A DNA stretch of 38,945 nucleotides, taken from positions 1 to 38,945 of the forward strand of contig JAUVTO010000001.1 in assembly GCA_030601485.1 (NCBI GenBank). The letters run 5' to 3'. This document shows positions 1 through 8,848 of the stretch, one piece after another. This DNA is from Desulfobacterales bacterium. GTDB lineage: Bacteria; Desulfobacterota; Desulfobacteria; Desulfobacterales; UBA11574. A program made the position numbers and the translations under genes. The stretch's first letter is position 1. The number at the start of each line of letters is the position of its first letter. Below the pieces are notes generated by a model, which saw only the letters and a program-made list of their open reading frames with translations, was not told where the DNA came from and ran no database searches.

Positions 1-515
1 CCCATTGATATATTCATCCTGAAGTTATTGGGATTGTGTCTGACATAAGCTTCGACGTAATCTCCTGCAATGATTGCGCGTACATCAGTGAAGTTTTCCA
101 AAAAGGGCTGAATAGCAAAAGGATATGATGATTCAGAAAGAGCCATGAAGCTGTATACGGTTTCAATAGTATCCCACTTGCGTATGCCATAACCGCAGTG
201 CAGGCGGTCCTCCTTGGTTACTACAGAAGCGATTCCAAGCATGTTATATTTATTGATAATATTTATCAGATCCACTCGTCGCGTAATAACGAATGTATGT
301 GGCAACATCCATTTTTTTAAAACAAGAACCTGTGCGGCCTTGGAACGGTTTAATGTTTGTGACAGAGCGGATGGAAAGCAGGAGACGCCTCGTTCAAGAA
401 GATCGATCAGTACAGACTGCTTTAGATGCTTATAGGTCAGCGTGCCCAGAAAAATATCCCCGGCGCCAAGATCATAATATCGTTCCTTGAGTTCCTTACT
501 GCTTCTGATGATCAT
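1..515 (-). CDS. ATP-grasp family protein (RimK/glutathione-synthetase-like), N-terminal part only; continues past the window start
   Basis: Absent from the ORF track because there is no stop in the window. The minus strand from ATG (515-513) gives 171 open codons: MIIRSSKELKERYYDLGAGDIFLG...VRAIIAGDYVEAYVRHNPNNFRMNISM. The GDYVEAY.R.N..NFR.N block resembles RimK-like ATP-grasp ligases. An AGGTGA Shine-Dalgarno lies 4 nt upstream, and the start is 4 nt after the ddl stop. Confidence 0.6.
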   Translation of the reverse strand, partial: MIIRSSKELKERYYDLGAGDIFLGTLTYKHLKQSVLIDLLERGVSCFPSALSQTLNRSKAAQVLVLKKWMLPHTFVITRRVDLINIINKYNMLGIASVVTKEDRLHCGYGIRKWDTIETVYSFMALSESSYPFAIQPFLENFTDVRAIIAGDYVEAYVRHNPNNFRMNISM

Positions 516-519
516 TGAA

Positions 520-1464
520 TCACCTGTTTGTTTTGTGCGCCTCAATACTTAATTCGATCAACCGGTCAAGAAGCCTGCTGAAAGAAATACCCGCAGCGTC
601 GGCAGCAAGAGGCAACAGGCTCGTTGCCGTCATGCCTGGAATGGTATTTGTCTCGAGGACAAAGAAATCTTGATTTTTTAGAATCATGTCGGTTCGGCTG
701 TATCCTCTACAGAAGAGGGCGTTATGCGCTATTTTAGCTAATGCCTGTGCCTTTTTGGTCAACGCATCATTAATACGAGCCGGGCATATTTCCTGTGTAG
801 CACCTGCGGTATACTTGGCGGTGTAGTCAAAAAAATCATAGGATTTGTCCGGAATTATTTCTATAATAGGCAATGCTTCTATCTTGTCATTACCAATAAC
901 GCCGCCGGTTAGCTCAATACCATCAATATATGCCTCTATTAACACAGTATCATCATAAGCAAATGCTTCATCAAGCGCATCATTTAATAAATCTATCGAC
1001 TTGACAATGGAAATCCCCACACTGGAACCGCTACCGATCGGCTTTACAACCAGTGGAAGACCCAGCCGCTCTGCACACTTCTCCGGATTTAAGACGTCAT
1101 CACGTTTCATAACCATGTAAGGCGGAACCCGAAGCCCGGATTTTTCATAAAGCTGTTTGGAAACCAGCTTATTCATTCCTATGGCACTTCCGAGAACCCC
1201 CGACCCCTGATAAGGAATTTCAAGAAGGTCCAGTAGGCCCTGAATCGTACCGTCCTCACCCATGGGTCCGTGAAGAATTATAAGTGCGGCATCAATTTTA
1301 GGTGCATCCGCCACCAGTCGCGAAATGTCTGTTTTTGGATCATAGCGGATGATATCGTATTTTTCACTATCAAGGGCCTCATAGACCTGGTCTCCACTTG
1401 CAATGGATACGTCACGTTCAGAAGATATACCACCGGAAAGAAGCGCAAGGGTCAGTTTTTTCAT
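520..1464 (-). CDS. ddl: D-alanine--D-alanine ligase
   Basis: ORF 520..1554. Motifs: LLSGGISSERDVSIASG, ILHGPMGEDGTIQGLLDLLEIPYQGSGVL, LPLVVKPIGSGSSVGISIV, VLETNTIPGMT. I prefer the internal start MKKLTLALL at 1464, which is preceded by AAAGGAAAATCG; the longer N-terminus has no homology feel. Confidence 0.9.
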   Translation of the reverse strand: MKKLTLALLSGGISSERDVSIASGDQVYEALDSEKYDIIRYDPKTDISRLVADAPKIDAALIILHGPMGEDGTIQGLLDLLEIPYQGSGVLGSAIGMNKLVSKQLYEKSGLRVPPYMVMKRDDVLNPEKCAERLGLPLVVKPIGSGSSVGISIVKSIDLLNDALDEAFAYDDTVLIEAYIDGIELTGGVIGNDKIEALPIIEIIPDKSYDFFDYTAKYTAGATQEICPARINDALTKKAQALAKIAHNALFCRGYSRTDMILKNQDFFVLETNTIPGMTATSLLPLAADAAGISFSRLLDRLIELSIEAHKTNR

Positions 1465-1728
1465 CGATTTTCCTTTCAGTTTGTTAAATACTACGGGTTT
1501 AAGAAAGAACAAGTTTGCCATTTTGGGAGTTGAGACACCCGAATGGGAAGGCACGAATACTTAAGGAATATCAAGCAGATTTCGAGTTTTCGTAACGCAA
1601 CCCGGCGAGATGCATCGGCGTTCAACATGTGAAATTATTTTTGAGTGAGCCCTAATGTGCGTTGATTTTAATAAATGATATTTGATGGTCTCGTGATGAA
1701 TTCAAGTTTTAATGAATTCATAATATTT

Positions 1729-2214
1729 CTATGACTTGAAAATTTGTTCTTTAAATTTGTTATATTCATCAAGGGTTATGAGATTGTTTTCAAGCAGGCG
1801 GACCAGTTCGGAAAACTCCCTGTTGTGAATTACATCCGGGTCTTCCAGTTGTTTAAATTGTCCGGATGAAGCAGTACCCAAAGCGGCAGGGTCATTTGAT
1901 CCGCTGATTTTTAAAGATGCAAGTCCTCCTAATAAATTGACTTCAACTGTTCTACCGCTAAACCGATTAGAGTTAAGAATCTCCCGAAGCGTCTTACCTT
2001 CCATTTTCATACGCTTATAAAAATGATAGGCTGAAGCAAGGATGGCAACAGTACCGCCAATAAAAATCCATAGCATGTAATTTATAATACCACGGAAAAA
2101 AATGACAAGCAGGACCAATCCTGTAATCAAAGCAACATGGAGAACCAGAATAAAATATGCTATCAAAACACTTTTAAGATGACTTTCCTCTTTTTCTTTT
2201 TTATTTAACGCCAT
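1729..2214 (-). CDS. membrane protein with C-terminal SHOCT-like short domain
   Basis: 161-aa ORF with two hydrophobic helices (VLIAYFILVLHVALITGLVLLVIFF and MLWIFIGGTVAILASAYHF). The C-terminus LVRLLENNLITLDEYNKFKEQIF is typical of SHOCT tails. Confidence 0.6.
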   Translation of the reverse strand: MALNKKEKEESHLKSVLIAYFILVLHVALITGLVLLVIFFRGIINYMLWIFIGGTVAILASAYHFYKRMKMEGKTLREILNSNRFSGRTVEVNLLGGLASLKISGSNDPAALGTASSGQFKQLEDPDVIHNREFSELVRLLENNLITLDEYNKFKEQIFKS

Positions 2215-2337
2215 AAAATATCTCGGGATTTATATCCTGCTATAAGCGGGAAAAATAAAAGGGTTTTTAAGCTTAATTTTAATGCTACGATACATGAATT
2301 TGACAGTTTAGTAAAGGGTCACGTCGACATTTTGATT

Positions 2338-2745
2338 TCAGCACGTTTTAGAAGTTCCAAATCGTTCTATTAATTTTTCCGTATATACTTGGGGCATTTC
2401 ATGAGCAATTAATGTATCTCGGGTTGAGTTTAACTTCATGATTAAAAAGTTCAATTTCTTTAATATACGGTATTTTTCAGAAGTTTCCTGCATCCCTACC
2501 AACAGGTCTTCGGTTTGTTTAATTTCCTTTTTCAATTTAATCTCAACCGGGACACAGTCTGCATTTTTTAATATTTTATAAGCCAGACGCAGTTCTTCGG
2601 AAACAAAACGGTTATCCTCAAACGCCAGGGGCTTTCCGGAACCGGGCAAGTTTTCAAATTCACCCCTTTTCTGGGCCTTTAAAATCCGTTCTTCAACAAT
2701 TTTTTCAAACCCGTAAAGCATAGCTAAACTTTTTTCTTTTTCCAA
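2338..2745 (-). CDS. DUF1992 / DnaJC28-like domain protein
   Basis: 135-aa ORF. RILKAQKRGEFENLPGSGKPL...ELRLAYKILKNADCVPVEI matches the conserved core of the DnaJ-homolog-subfamily-C-member-28 domain. Confidence 0.65.
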   Translation of the reverse strand: MEKEKSLAMLYGFEKIVEERILKAQKRGEFENLPGSGKPLAFEDNRFVSEELRLAYKILKNADCVPVEIKLKKEIKQTEDLLVGMQETSEKYRILKKLNFLIMKLNSTRDTLIAHEMPQVYTEKLIERFGTSKTC

Positions 2746-2790
2746 ATAAAAAAGTGCATTACTTTAATAGTATAGGAATTTCCTTTTTTG

Positions 2791-2905
2791 GACACAGATG
2801 AACACAGATTATCAAGATTCTTAAATTGCAAAACAACAATATTATCTGTGTATACCTGCCCGCTTGTGCCTCGCATGGCAGGCGGTTCTGCGAAAATCTG
2901 CGTCC
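2791..2905. repeat. hairpin-rich palindromic intergenic segment (possible REP-like element)
   Basis: Inverted pairs CACAGATTAT/ATTATCTGTG and CCTGCC/GGCAGG. Only one copy is in the window, so repetitiveness cannot be shown here. The 69-aa track ORF across it looks spurious. Confidence 0.3.
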
Positions 2906-3012
2906 TATTTAACTTGAAAACGATATAATACAACCCACTGTCTTTCTTTTCAAGCTGTAAAAAAGAAAAAAGGCCCCTATGATAATATCAGAGACCTAAT
3001 TTTAATCAAAAC

Positions 3013-3089
3013 TGGTGGCGATGCAGGGAATCGAACCCCGGACACTGCGGATATGAGCCGCATGCTCTGACCGTCTGAGCTACATCGCC
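3013..3089 (-). tRNA. tRNA with CAU anticodon (elongator Met, or Ile2 if lysidine-modified)
   Basis: Minus-strand read: GGCGATG TA GCTC AGACGGTCA GAGC A TGCGG CTCATAT CCGCA GTGTC CGGGG TTCGATT CCCTG CATCGCC A CCA. It forms a full cloverleaf with encoded CCA. G1-C72 is paired and there is no GGG/CCC anticodon stem, so it is not an initiator. Confidence 0.9.
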
Positions 3090-3094
3090 AGGAT

Positions 3095-3235
3095 GAGACC
3101 TTGCAAAACGCCCCCTTTTGCCCAATTCCTACGTCAGGCTCAAATTTTAATCCTCAAAATACTCAATGTATTCCTGTGGTTAAAATTTTCGCCTTCCTTG
3201 GTCTTGAACAAAATTGAACGTTTTTCAAAGGTCTC
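3095..3235. repeat. 140-nt rod-like palindromic repeat, copy A
   Basis: Near-identical to 35711..35850 and related to 38805..38945. Outer arms GAGACCTTGCAAAACG / CGTTTTTCAAAGGTCTC, inner arms AGGCTCAAATTTTAATCC / GGTTAAAATTTTCGCCT, apical AATAC-TCAAT-GTATT. Confidence 0.85.
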
Positions 3236-3413
3236 AGGATAAATCTTAAAATTTTTTAAACACAGAATCAATATGCAGTCGTGTTGCATAAAATTTTTTA
3301 GCATATTTACACAACAGGCTTTTAAATTTTTGGATCGAACTCTCTAACAGCTTACTTTTGTTTAGTCAAGTTATAAAATCGCTTTGTGATGTTAAGCAGA
3401 TTTTAGGCATCGA

Positions 3414-4964
3414 TTATTGTGGAATCGATCCCTCGGCCTCAATAGCAAATTCTTCCAGATTGGTCGGCAGATTGCTGAATACAATCATAAACGGCAACTC
3501 TTGGCCGGGTTTAACCCGTATATTGGATTTATTATCACCAAGGCGATTTGACAGTCGCTTTTTAATCGCTGAAAGCTCCAGATTAGAAAGTTCAATATCT
3601 GACAAAACATTTCCGCAAAAGACAGTCTCTTTCTGAACAAGAATTTTTCCTTTTGTATACAGTTTCCCGGTTACCCTGATATAACTGCGGGCATCTGAAT
3701 ATTCATTTTTGATTTTACCGGTTATCGCAAAAAGCTTTCCTGCTTTGGCATTTTTTACAAATGCACTATCAACATCTAACGTATCTATCTTGAGATTGCC
3801 GGCCGGATCCGAAATTTGGGGTTTAAAATATTCGCTGACAAAAGGAATTTCAATATTCATAGAGTCAAGCAAAACATAAATGCCGTAACAACCGCCTCCC
3901 AAAAGCACCAAGATCAGCAAGACAATCAACGGCTTGCTGATCCGTTTTTTCACAGCAGGTTTTGCCGCTGCTACCACCGGTTGCACATCAACAATCTCCT
4001 CTTCTGATAAATCATCCTGGTCGGTATCTTCAATTGCAAATTTTTGCTCTATCTCTTCTGTTTCAGAAAATTCGACGGTTTCGAGTTTATCTGCCGCCGA
4101 TTCAATCTCATCAAGTTCAGTTCCTAATGTCTCTTCCAGCAAAGGAGAATCGACGGGTTCCGCCTTCTCTTCGGCCTCCTCTTCTTCTGTTTCAAACATC
4201 TTCTCTATATCTGATAAATCAATCTCTTCCAATGCTTCGGGGTCGACGCTCGCCCCAACATCCTCGGGAACCTTTTCAATTTCGGGTTCCATATCCGTAT
4301 CCAATTCAAGCTCAAGTTCTTCCGGCTCTATCCCGTCTTTTTCCTCAGTTGCCGGTTCTTCTAAATCGAGCAACTCCTCTATATCCGACAGATCGAGTTC
4401 ATCTGGTTCTTCGATCTTTGCTTCCGCCTCCACATGCTCAGGTGCCTTTTCAGGTTCGGGCTCCAGATCCAGTTCGAAATCTTCAATGGCTTCATCCGCA
4501 TCACCTTGTTTTTCCGGAACTTGCGTTATATCCAGCAGCTCTTCCATGTCCGACAGATCGAGTTCGTCCGGTTCCCCGATCTTTGCTTCCGCTTCGACAT
4601 GCTCAGTGGGTTTTTCAGGTTCGGGCTCCAGATCCAGATCCAGTTCGAAATCTTCAATGGCTTCATCCGCATCACCTTGTTTTTCCGGAACTTCTTCCTC
4701 TGCAAACAATTTTTCCAGGTCCGGCAAATCAAGTTCACCGAACTCTGAGTCATCCAATTGGCCGGTTTCAGAGTCTTCAGTTTCTTGTTCAAATTCAAGG
4801 TCTGAGATCTTTTCATCCGGTTTTTTAACTTCTTCCGGGGGCGCAGGTGGATAGGCGATAAAAACTTCTTTACATTTTGAGCATCGAACTTTGGAGCCCT
4901 CTGGTTTTAGAAGACTTTCATTTAAATTGAAACTGGCGTTACATGCCTTACAGGTAATAATCAT
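3414..4964 (-). CDS. MJ0042-type zinc-ribbon protein with acidic repeat linker, one TM helix and DUF3426-like C-terminal domain
   Basis: 516-aa ORF. The N-terminus MIITCKACNASFNL...KVRCSKCKEVF is a CxxC...CxxC zinc ribbon. It is followed by a long D/E-rich region, the TM helix PLIVLLILVLLGGGCYGIYVLL, and a C-terminal beta-rich domain of the kind found in DUF3426 proteins. Confidence 0.75.
   Translation of the reverse strand: MIITCKACNASFNLNESLLKPEGSKVRCSKCKEVFIAYPPAPPEEVKKPDEKISDLEFEQETEDSETGQLDDSEFGELDLPDLEKLFAEEEVPEKQGDADEAIEDFELDLDLEPEPEKPTEHVEAEAKIGEPDELDLSDMEELLDITQVPEKQGDADEAIEDFELDLEPEPEKAPEHVEAEAKIEEPDELDLSDIEELLDLEEPATEEKDGIEPEELELELDTDMEPEIEKVPEDVGASVDPEALEEIDLSDIEKMFETEEEEAEEKAEPVDSPLLEETLGTELDEIESAADKLETVEFSETEEIEQKFAIEDTDQDDLSEEEIVDVQPVVAAAKPAVKKRISKPLIVLLILVLLGGGCYGIYVLLDSMNIEIPFVSEYFKPQISDPAGNLKIDTLDVDSAFVKNAKAGKLFAITGKIKNEYSDARSYIRVTGKLYTKGKILVQKETVFCGNVLSDIELSNLELSAIKKRLSNRLGDNKSNIRVKPGQELPFMIVFSNLPTNLEEFAIEAEGSIPQ
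4359..4691. repeat. tandem duplication (about 171 + 162 nt) inside the acidic linker of the 3414..4964 CDS
   Basis: The protein units VPEKQGDADEAIEDFELDL(DL)EPEPEK.(T/P)EHVEAEAKI.EPDELDLSD.EELLD occur twice. The DNA shares an identical run CCAGTTCGAAATCTTCAATGGCTTCATCCGCATCACCTTGTTTTTCCGGAAC in both units. Confidence 0.85.
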
Positions 4965-4979
4965 AGTTTACCCCACCGC

Positions 4980-5498
4980 TTATAATTTTAGGTGATAAAT
5001 CCCCGCTAAATATCTATAGTCTTCATTATAATCGAGTCCATAACCCACAAGAAATCCTTCAGCCACTTCATGGCAGGCATAGTCGATTTTAATGTTTGTA
5101 TCACGGCGTTCGTGTTTGTTAATCAGGGCACAAATTTTAACAGTTTTCGGATTAAAAGTTTTTAAATAATCGATGAGATAAGATAAAGTCAAGCCTGTAT
5201 CAACAATGTCTTCTACAAGCAGTACGTCTTTATTATTAACATCAATCTCAATTTCTTTTGTTAAACGGATGTTCCCTGATGATGAAACGCCGGAACCGTA
5301 GCTGCATGCCCGTATGAAATCAAGTTTAACCGGTATGGTAAGATGCCGCACAAGATCAGATAAAAAGACGAACGCTCCTTTTAAGATCCCGATTAGAATA
5401 AGCTCATGGCCCTGATAGTCAGATGAAATTTTGTGCGCAACCCGGGCGACCATATTGTCGATATCATTTTTATTCAAAACAGGAATAAGTTCAGGCAT
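4980..5498 (-). CDS. hpt: hypoxanthine phosphoribosyltransferase
   Basis: 172 aa. Contains the PRPP-binding motif DVLLVEDIVDTGLTLSYL and ILKGAFVFLSDLVRHL. Confidence 0.9.
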   Translation of the reverse strand: MPELIPVLNKNDIDNMVARVAHKISSDYQGHELILIGILKGAFVFLSDLVRHLTIPVKLDFIRACSYGSGVSSSGNIRLTKEIEIDVNNKDVLLVEDIVDTGLTLSYLIDYLKTFNPKTVKICALINKHERRDTNIKIDYACHEVAEGFLVGYGLDYNEDYRYLAGIYHLKL

Positions 5499-5642
5499 AA
5501 TCAGATATTATGAATATTCAGGACTTGGTTAAGCCGCGAAGGTATTAACTTGCTATTTCCCCGCTCAACCCTTTTCACTCAGCCGGTCAATCTTTCCTTA
5601 ATTTTAAGCTTTTTAGTCACTCTTGTCAATAAATTTAATTCC

Positions 5643-6563
5643 TTACAGGCCAATCTCTGCCAGCTGTTCAATCAGCTTTTTTTGCTTTTTGGTAAGCTTT
5701 ACCGGCATGTTTACCTGGATATAGACATAAAGATTCCCCTTGTCTTTACCATGCATATGGGGAAGTCCGTGTCCTGAAAGACGCATCTTGGTTTTGTGTT
5801 TTGTTCCCGGAGGTATTTTCAAGCTTAACTCTTTTTTGCTGAGTGTGGGAACAGAAATGCTTGATCCGAGGAGCGCCTCGCTCAGTTTTATCTCTCTATG
5901 CATATAAAGATCATACCCTTTAGAATCATAAACTTTATCACCCAGCACTTTGGACTGGATGTACAGATCTCCGGGAGGGCCTCCATATGGGTCCGGATCA
6001 CCCTTTCCTGCAACACGAAGTTTCTTTCCGGATATCATTCCTTTTGGGATCTTTACCGTAATTTTTTCGCTACGCCCCTGATGTTGATATGATACTGTTT
6101 TACTTGTTCCTGTTGCTACCTCCTCTAATGTTAGGGGCAACTCATATATTAGATCTGCTCCTTTTGACCGGGCCTTGCGGGGCCTCTGATAACCGTCAAA
6201 CGGAGTTCCGCCTCCGAAGGAAAACCGCATGCCGCTACCCCGGCCGGAAAAACTTCGGGTTTTTCCAAACAACTCGCTGAATATATTGTCAAAGTCGAAT
6301 CCTTTAAAGATATCTTCCTGTGAAAAACGCTGCTGGAATCCTGCGGCACCGAACGTATCATACTGTTTGCGTTTCTCCTCGTCACTCAGAACAGCATAAG
6401 CTTCACTTATTGTTTTGAATTTTTCTTCATCGCTTTTATTCCCTTTTGTATGGTCGGGATGATACTTCATTGCAAGCTTTCGATAAGATTTCTTAATATC
6501 CTCTTTGGAAGCGTTTTTATTTACGCCGAGTGTTTTATAATAATCTGTTTCAGACATCCCCAA
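5643..6563 (-). CDS. cbpA: J-domain co-chaperone lacking the zinc finger (CbpA-like, class II DnaJ)
   Basis: 306 aa. The J domain is DYYKTLGV...[11 protein letters not shown]...[15 protein letters not shown], followed by a G/F-like stretch and DnaJ C-terminal domains. There are no CxxCxGxG repeats. Confidence 0.8.
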   Translation of the reverse strand: MGMSETDYYKTLGVNKNASKEDIKKSYRKLAMKYHPDHTKGNKSDEEKFKTISEAYAVLSDEEKRKQYDTFGAAGFQQRFSQEDIFKGFDFDNIFSELFGKTRSFSGRGSGMRFSFGGGTPFDGYQRPRKARSKGADLIYELPLTLEEVATGTSKTVSYQHQGRSEKITVKIPKGMISGKKLRVAGKGDPDPYGGPPGDLYIQSKVLGDKVYDSKGYDLYMHREIKLSEALLGSSISVPTLSKKELSLKIPPGTKHKTKMRLSGHGLPHMHGKDKGNLYVYIQVNMPVKLTKKQKKLIEQLAEIGL

Positions 6564-6632
6564 ATCACCTCAATTTTATAGTATACTTTTATGACACATG
6601 ACACATCAAAATAAGTTGAAAATCATTAGGTG

Positions 6633-8561
6633 TCAAGAATCATTCGAATCTTGATTTCCGGCTTCGGATGCATATTTCTCAGCAGCTTTGAGGGAAATCA
6701 TAATCACAGAAAGCGCAGCAGGTGTGATTCCATCTATTCGGGAAGCCTGGCCAAGTGAAGCAGGCATTATGGCAGAAAGCTTTTCTTTAAGTTCATTTGA
6801 AAGTCCGTGCACCGTTGTAAAATCAAAATTTTGTGGTATTTTCATCCGTTCCAGGTTCTTGAACTTTTCGATTTCCTTGAGCTGTCGCTTGATATAACCT
6901 TCGTATTTGATCTCTATTTCCACCTGCCGGGCAACAGATTCACTGATGTTGTATGGACTTTTGGACAGTTCTTGTGCGGTATGGTAATCGAGCTCCGCTC
7001 TTTTTAGAAGCTGATCCAGATAGATGCCGCTTTTTAACGGTCTTGTCCCTTGATTGACCAAATAATCGTTTGTCTTTTTGCCGGGCTTTATCACGGTTCC
7101 TTTTATTCTTTTAATCTCTCTGGCAATCTGCTTTTTTCGTTCATTTACATCTTTTAATGTATCATGATCGATTAGGCCCAATTCATGACCGGTTTCCATC
7201 AACCTCAAATCCGCATTATCCTCCCGCAGCATGAGTCGGTATTCGGCCCGTGACGTAAACATGCGATACGGTTCGCGGGTGCCCCTTGTAACAAGATCAT
7301 CTATCATGACCGCCATATACGCCTGGGATCTGTCGAGGATGAACGGCGGCCTTCCCTGGATCTTGCAAGCGGCATTGATCCCTGACCATATGCCTTGGGC
7401 AGCTGCTTCTTCATACCCCGATGTTCCGTTAATCTGGCCGGCCATGTAAAGTCCTGAAATCGGCTTTGTTTCAAGGGTGGGATTGAGCTGTACAGGGTTG
7501 ATATAGTCGTATTCTATGGCGTACGCAGGCCGCATGATCTCAGCCGCTTCCAATCCTTTGACGGATCTGACAAACTGGATCTGAATTTCCATGGGAAGGC
7601 TGTTCCCTAAACCGCTGGCATAAACCTCATCGGTATCAAGTCCTTCGGGTTCAAGGATTACCTGGTGCCTTTCCTTATCAGGAAACCGGACTATTTTATC
7701 CTCAAACGAGGGGCAGTAGCGGGCAGAAACTCCTTTTATCATACCCCCGTACAGGGCTGAGCGTTGAAGGTTTTGTTGCACAATCTGATGGCTTTTCCGG
7801 TTGGTATGCCCAATATAGCTTGGGAGCTGTGGCATGTTAATTTTTTTGGTAAAGAACGAAAACGGTTTTGGCTCCTCTTCCGACCCATGTTCCGTGAATT
7901 TGCTAAAATCGATACTTGATTTTTTCAGTCTGGGCGGTGTACCTGTCTTCATTCTTCCAAGCTCAAATCCCAGCTCTTTCAGGTGGGCGGGAAGACCATA
8001 GGATGCAAACTCGCCGGCCCTGCCGGCCCGGAAAGAATTGAACCCGATGTGGACCAGACCGCTTAAAAATGTTCCTGTGGCCAGCACAACGGCATGGGCC
8101 CGATATCCGAAACCGGTTTGATCTTCCACACCGGAGATCCTGTTGTTCTCGACAACAAGTCGCTCAACCATGGCCTGTTTGAGGTCCAGGTTGGGCTGTT
8201 TTTCAATGACAGCCTTCATGGCCATATGATAACGGATCTTATCGTTTTGCGTGCGCGAAGATTGGACTGCAGGACCCTTTTTTGTGTTCAGCGTTCTATA
8301 TTGAATGGCTGTTTTATCCGTAATCTTCGCCATTTCACCGCCCAGAGCATCTATCTCTTTTACAAGCTGTCCCTTTGCCATACCCCCGATGGATGGGCTG
8401 CAAGGCATTGCAGCCACCTTGTCCAGATCTATGGCCATAAGAAGTACGCTGCATCCCATTCTCGCTGCTGCAAGTGCAGCCTCACATCCGGCATGACCGG
8501 CGCCCACAACAATAATATCGTATTTTTTCCAGTAGAAAACCATAAGCGGCGATGTTTCCAT
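6633..8561 (-). CDS. mnmG: tRNA uridine 5-carboxymethylaminomethyl modification enzyme MnmG (GidA)
   Basis: 642 aa. FAD motif [23 protein letters not shown], then GPRYCPS-like [12 protein letters not shown] and the conserved C-terminal region. The start could instead be Met7 (8543). Confidence 0.92.
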   Translation of the reverse strand: METSPLMVFYWKKYDIIVVGAGHAGCEAALAAARMGCSVLLMAIDLDKVAAMPCSPSIGGMAKGQLVKEIDALGGEMAKITDKTAIQYRTLNTKKGPAVQSSRTQNDKIRYHMAMKAVIEKQPNLDLKQAMVERLVVENNRISGVEDQTGFGYRAHAVVLATGTFLSGLVHIGFNSFRAGRAGEFASYGLPAHLKELGFELGRMKTGTPPRLKKSSIDFSKFTEHGSEEEPKPFSFFTKKINMPQLPSYIGHTNRKSHQIVQQNLQRSALYGGMIKGVSARYCPSFEDKIVRFPDKERHQVILEPEGLDTDEVYASGLGNSLPMEIQIQFVRSVKGLEAAEIMRPAYAIEYDYINPVQLNPTLETKPISGLYMAGQINGTSGYEEAAAQGIWSGINAACKIQGRPPFILDRSQAYMAVMIDDLVTRGTREPYRMFTSRAEYRLMLREDNADLRLMETGHELGLIDHDTLKDVNERKKQIAREIKRIKGTVIKPGKKTNDYLVNQGTRPLKSGIYLDQLLKRAELDYHTAQELSKSPYNISESVARQVEIEIKYEGYIKRQLKEIEKFKNLERMKIPQNFDFTTVHGLSNELKEKLSAIMPASLGQASRIDGITPAALSVIMISLKAAEKYASEAGNQDSNDS

Positions 8562-8695
8562 TAAATTATTTTACAATCATTCTTCGAAAATGTATATGTT
8601 ACGAAAATAATCATTAATTAGCCAGAAACAAATTCACTGAAAAATTTTCTTAACCATAAGCACAAAATTGACAATCTCATAAAAAATCGCAAATA

Positions 8696-8821
8696 GACGG
8701 CAAAGTAAAAAGCTCCAAATTCAAGGCGTGCAAATTTTGTAATCATGAGGCGTACTTTTCGTACGTTGAATGATTACGAAATACAGCACAACGCAGAAGT
8801 TGGACTTTTTACGAAGCCGTC
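8696..8821. repeat. MITE-like palindromic element with GACGG..GTAAAAAG / GACTTTTTACGAA..CCGTC termini, copy 1
   Basis: Left arm GACGGCAAAGTAAAAAGCTCCAA is the reverse complement of right arm TTGGACTTTTTACGAAGCCGTC. Internal hairpin GTAATCAT...ATGATTAC. The same terminal motif occurs at 14770..14942 and 19886..20019. Confidence 0.75.
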
Positions 8822-8848
8822 AAAATTCACACTTAAGAAACCAATAAC

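Noticed and set aside
2724-2933. 69-aa minus-strand ORF in the DUF1992/tRNA spacer
   Set aside because: It runs through a hairpin-rich palindromic segment and overlaps the DUF1992 start, and the peptide reads like translated repeat sequence.
3934-4854. Track ORFs of 306 aa (Ser-rich) and 288 aa (Pro-rich) on the + strand
   Set aside because: They are the antisense mirror of the GAA/GAT-rich acidic repeat region of the 3414..4964 gene. Low-complexity composition keeps the opposite frames open, and they have no start context or domain.
8094-8564. 156-aa + strand ORF
   Set aside because: It is antisense to mnmG and has no independent support.
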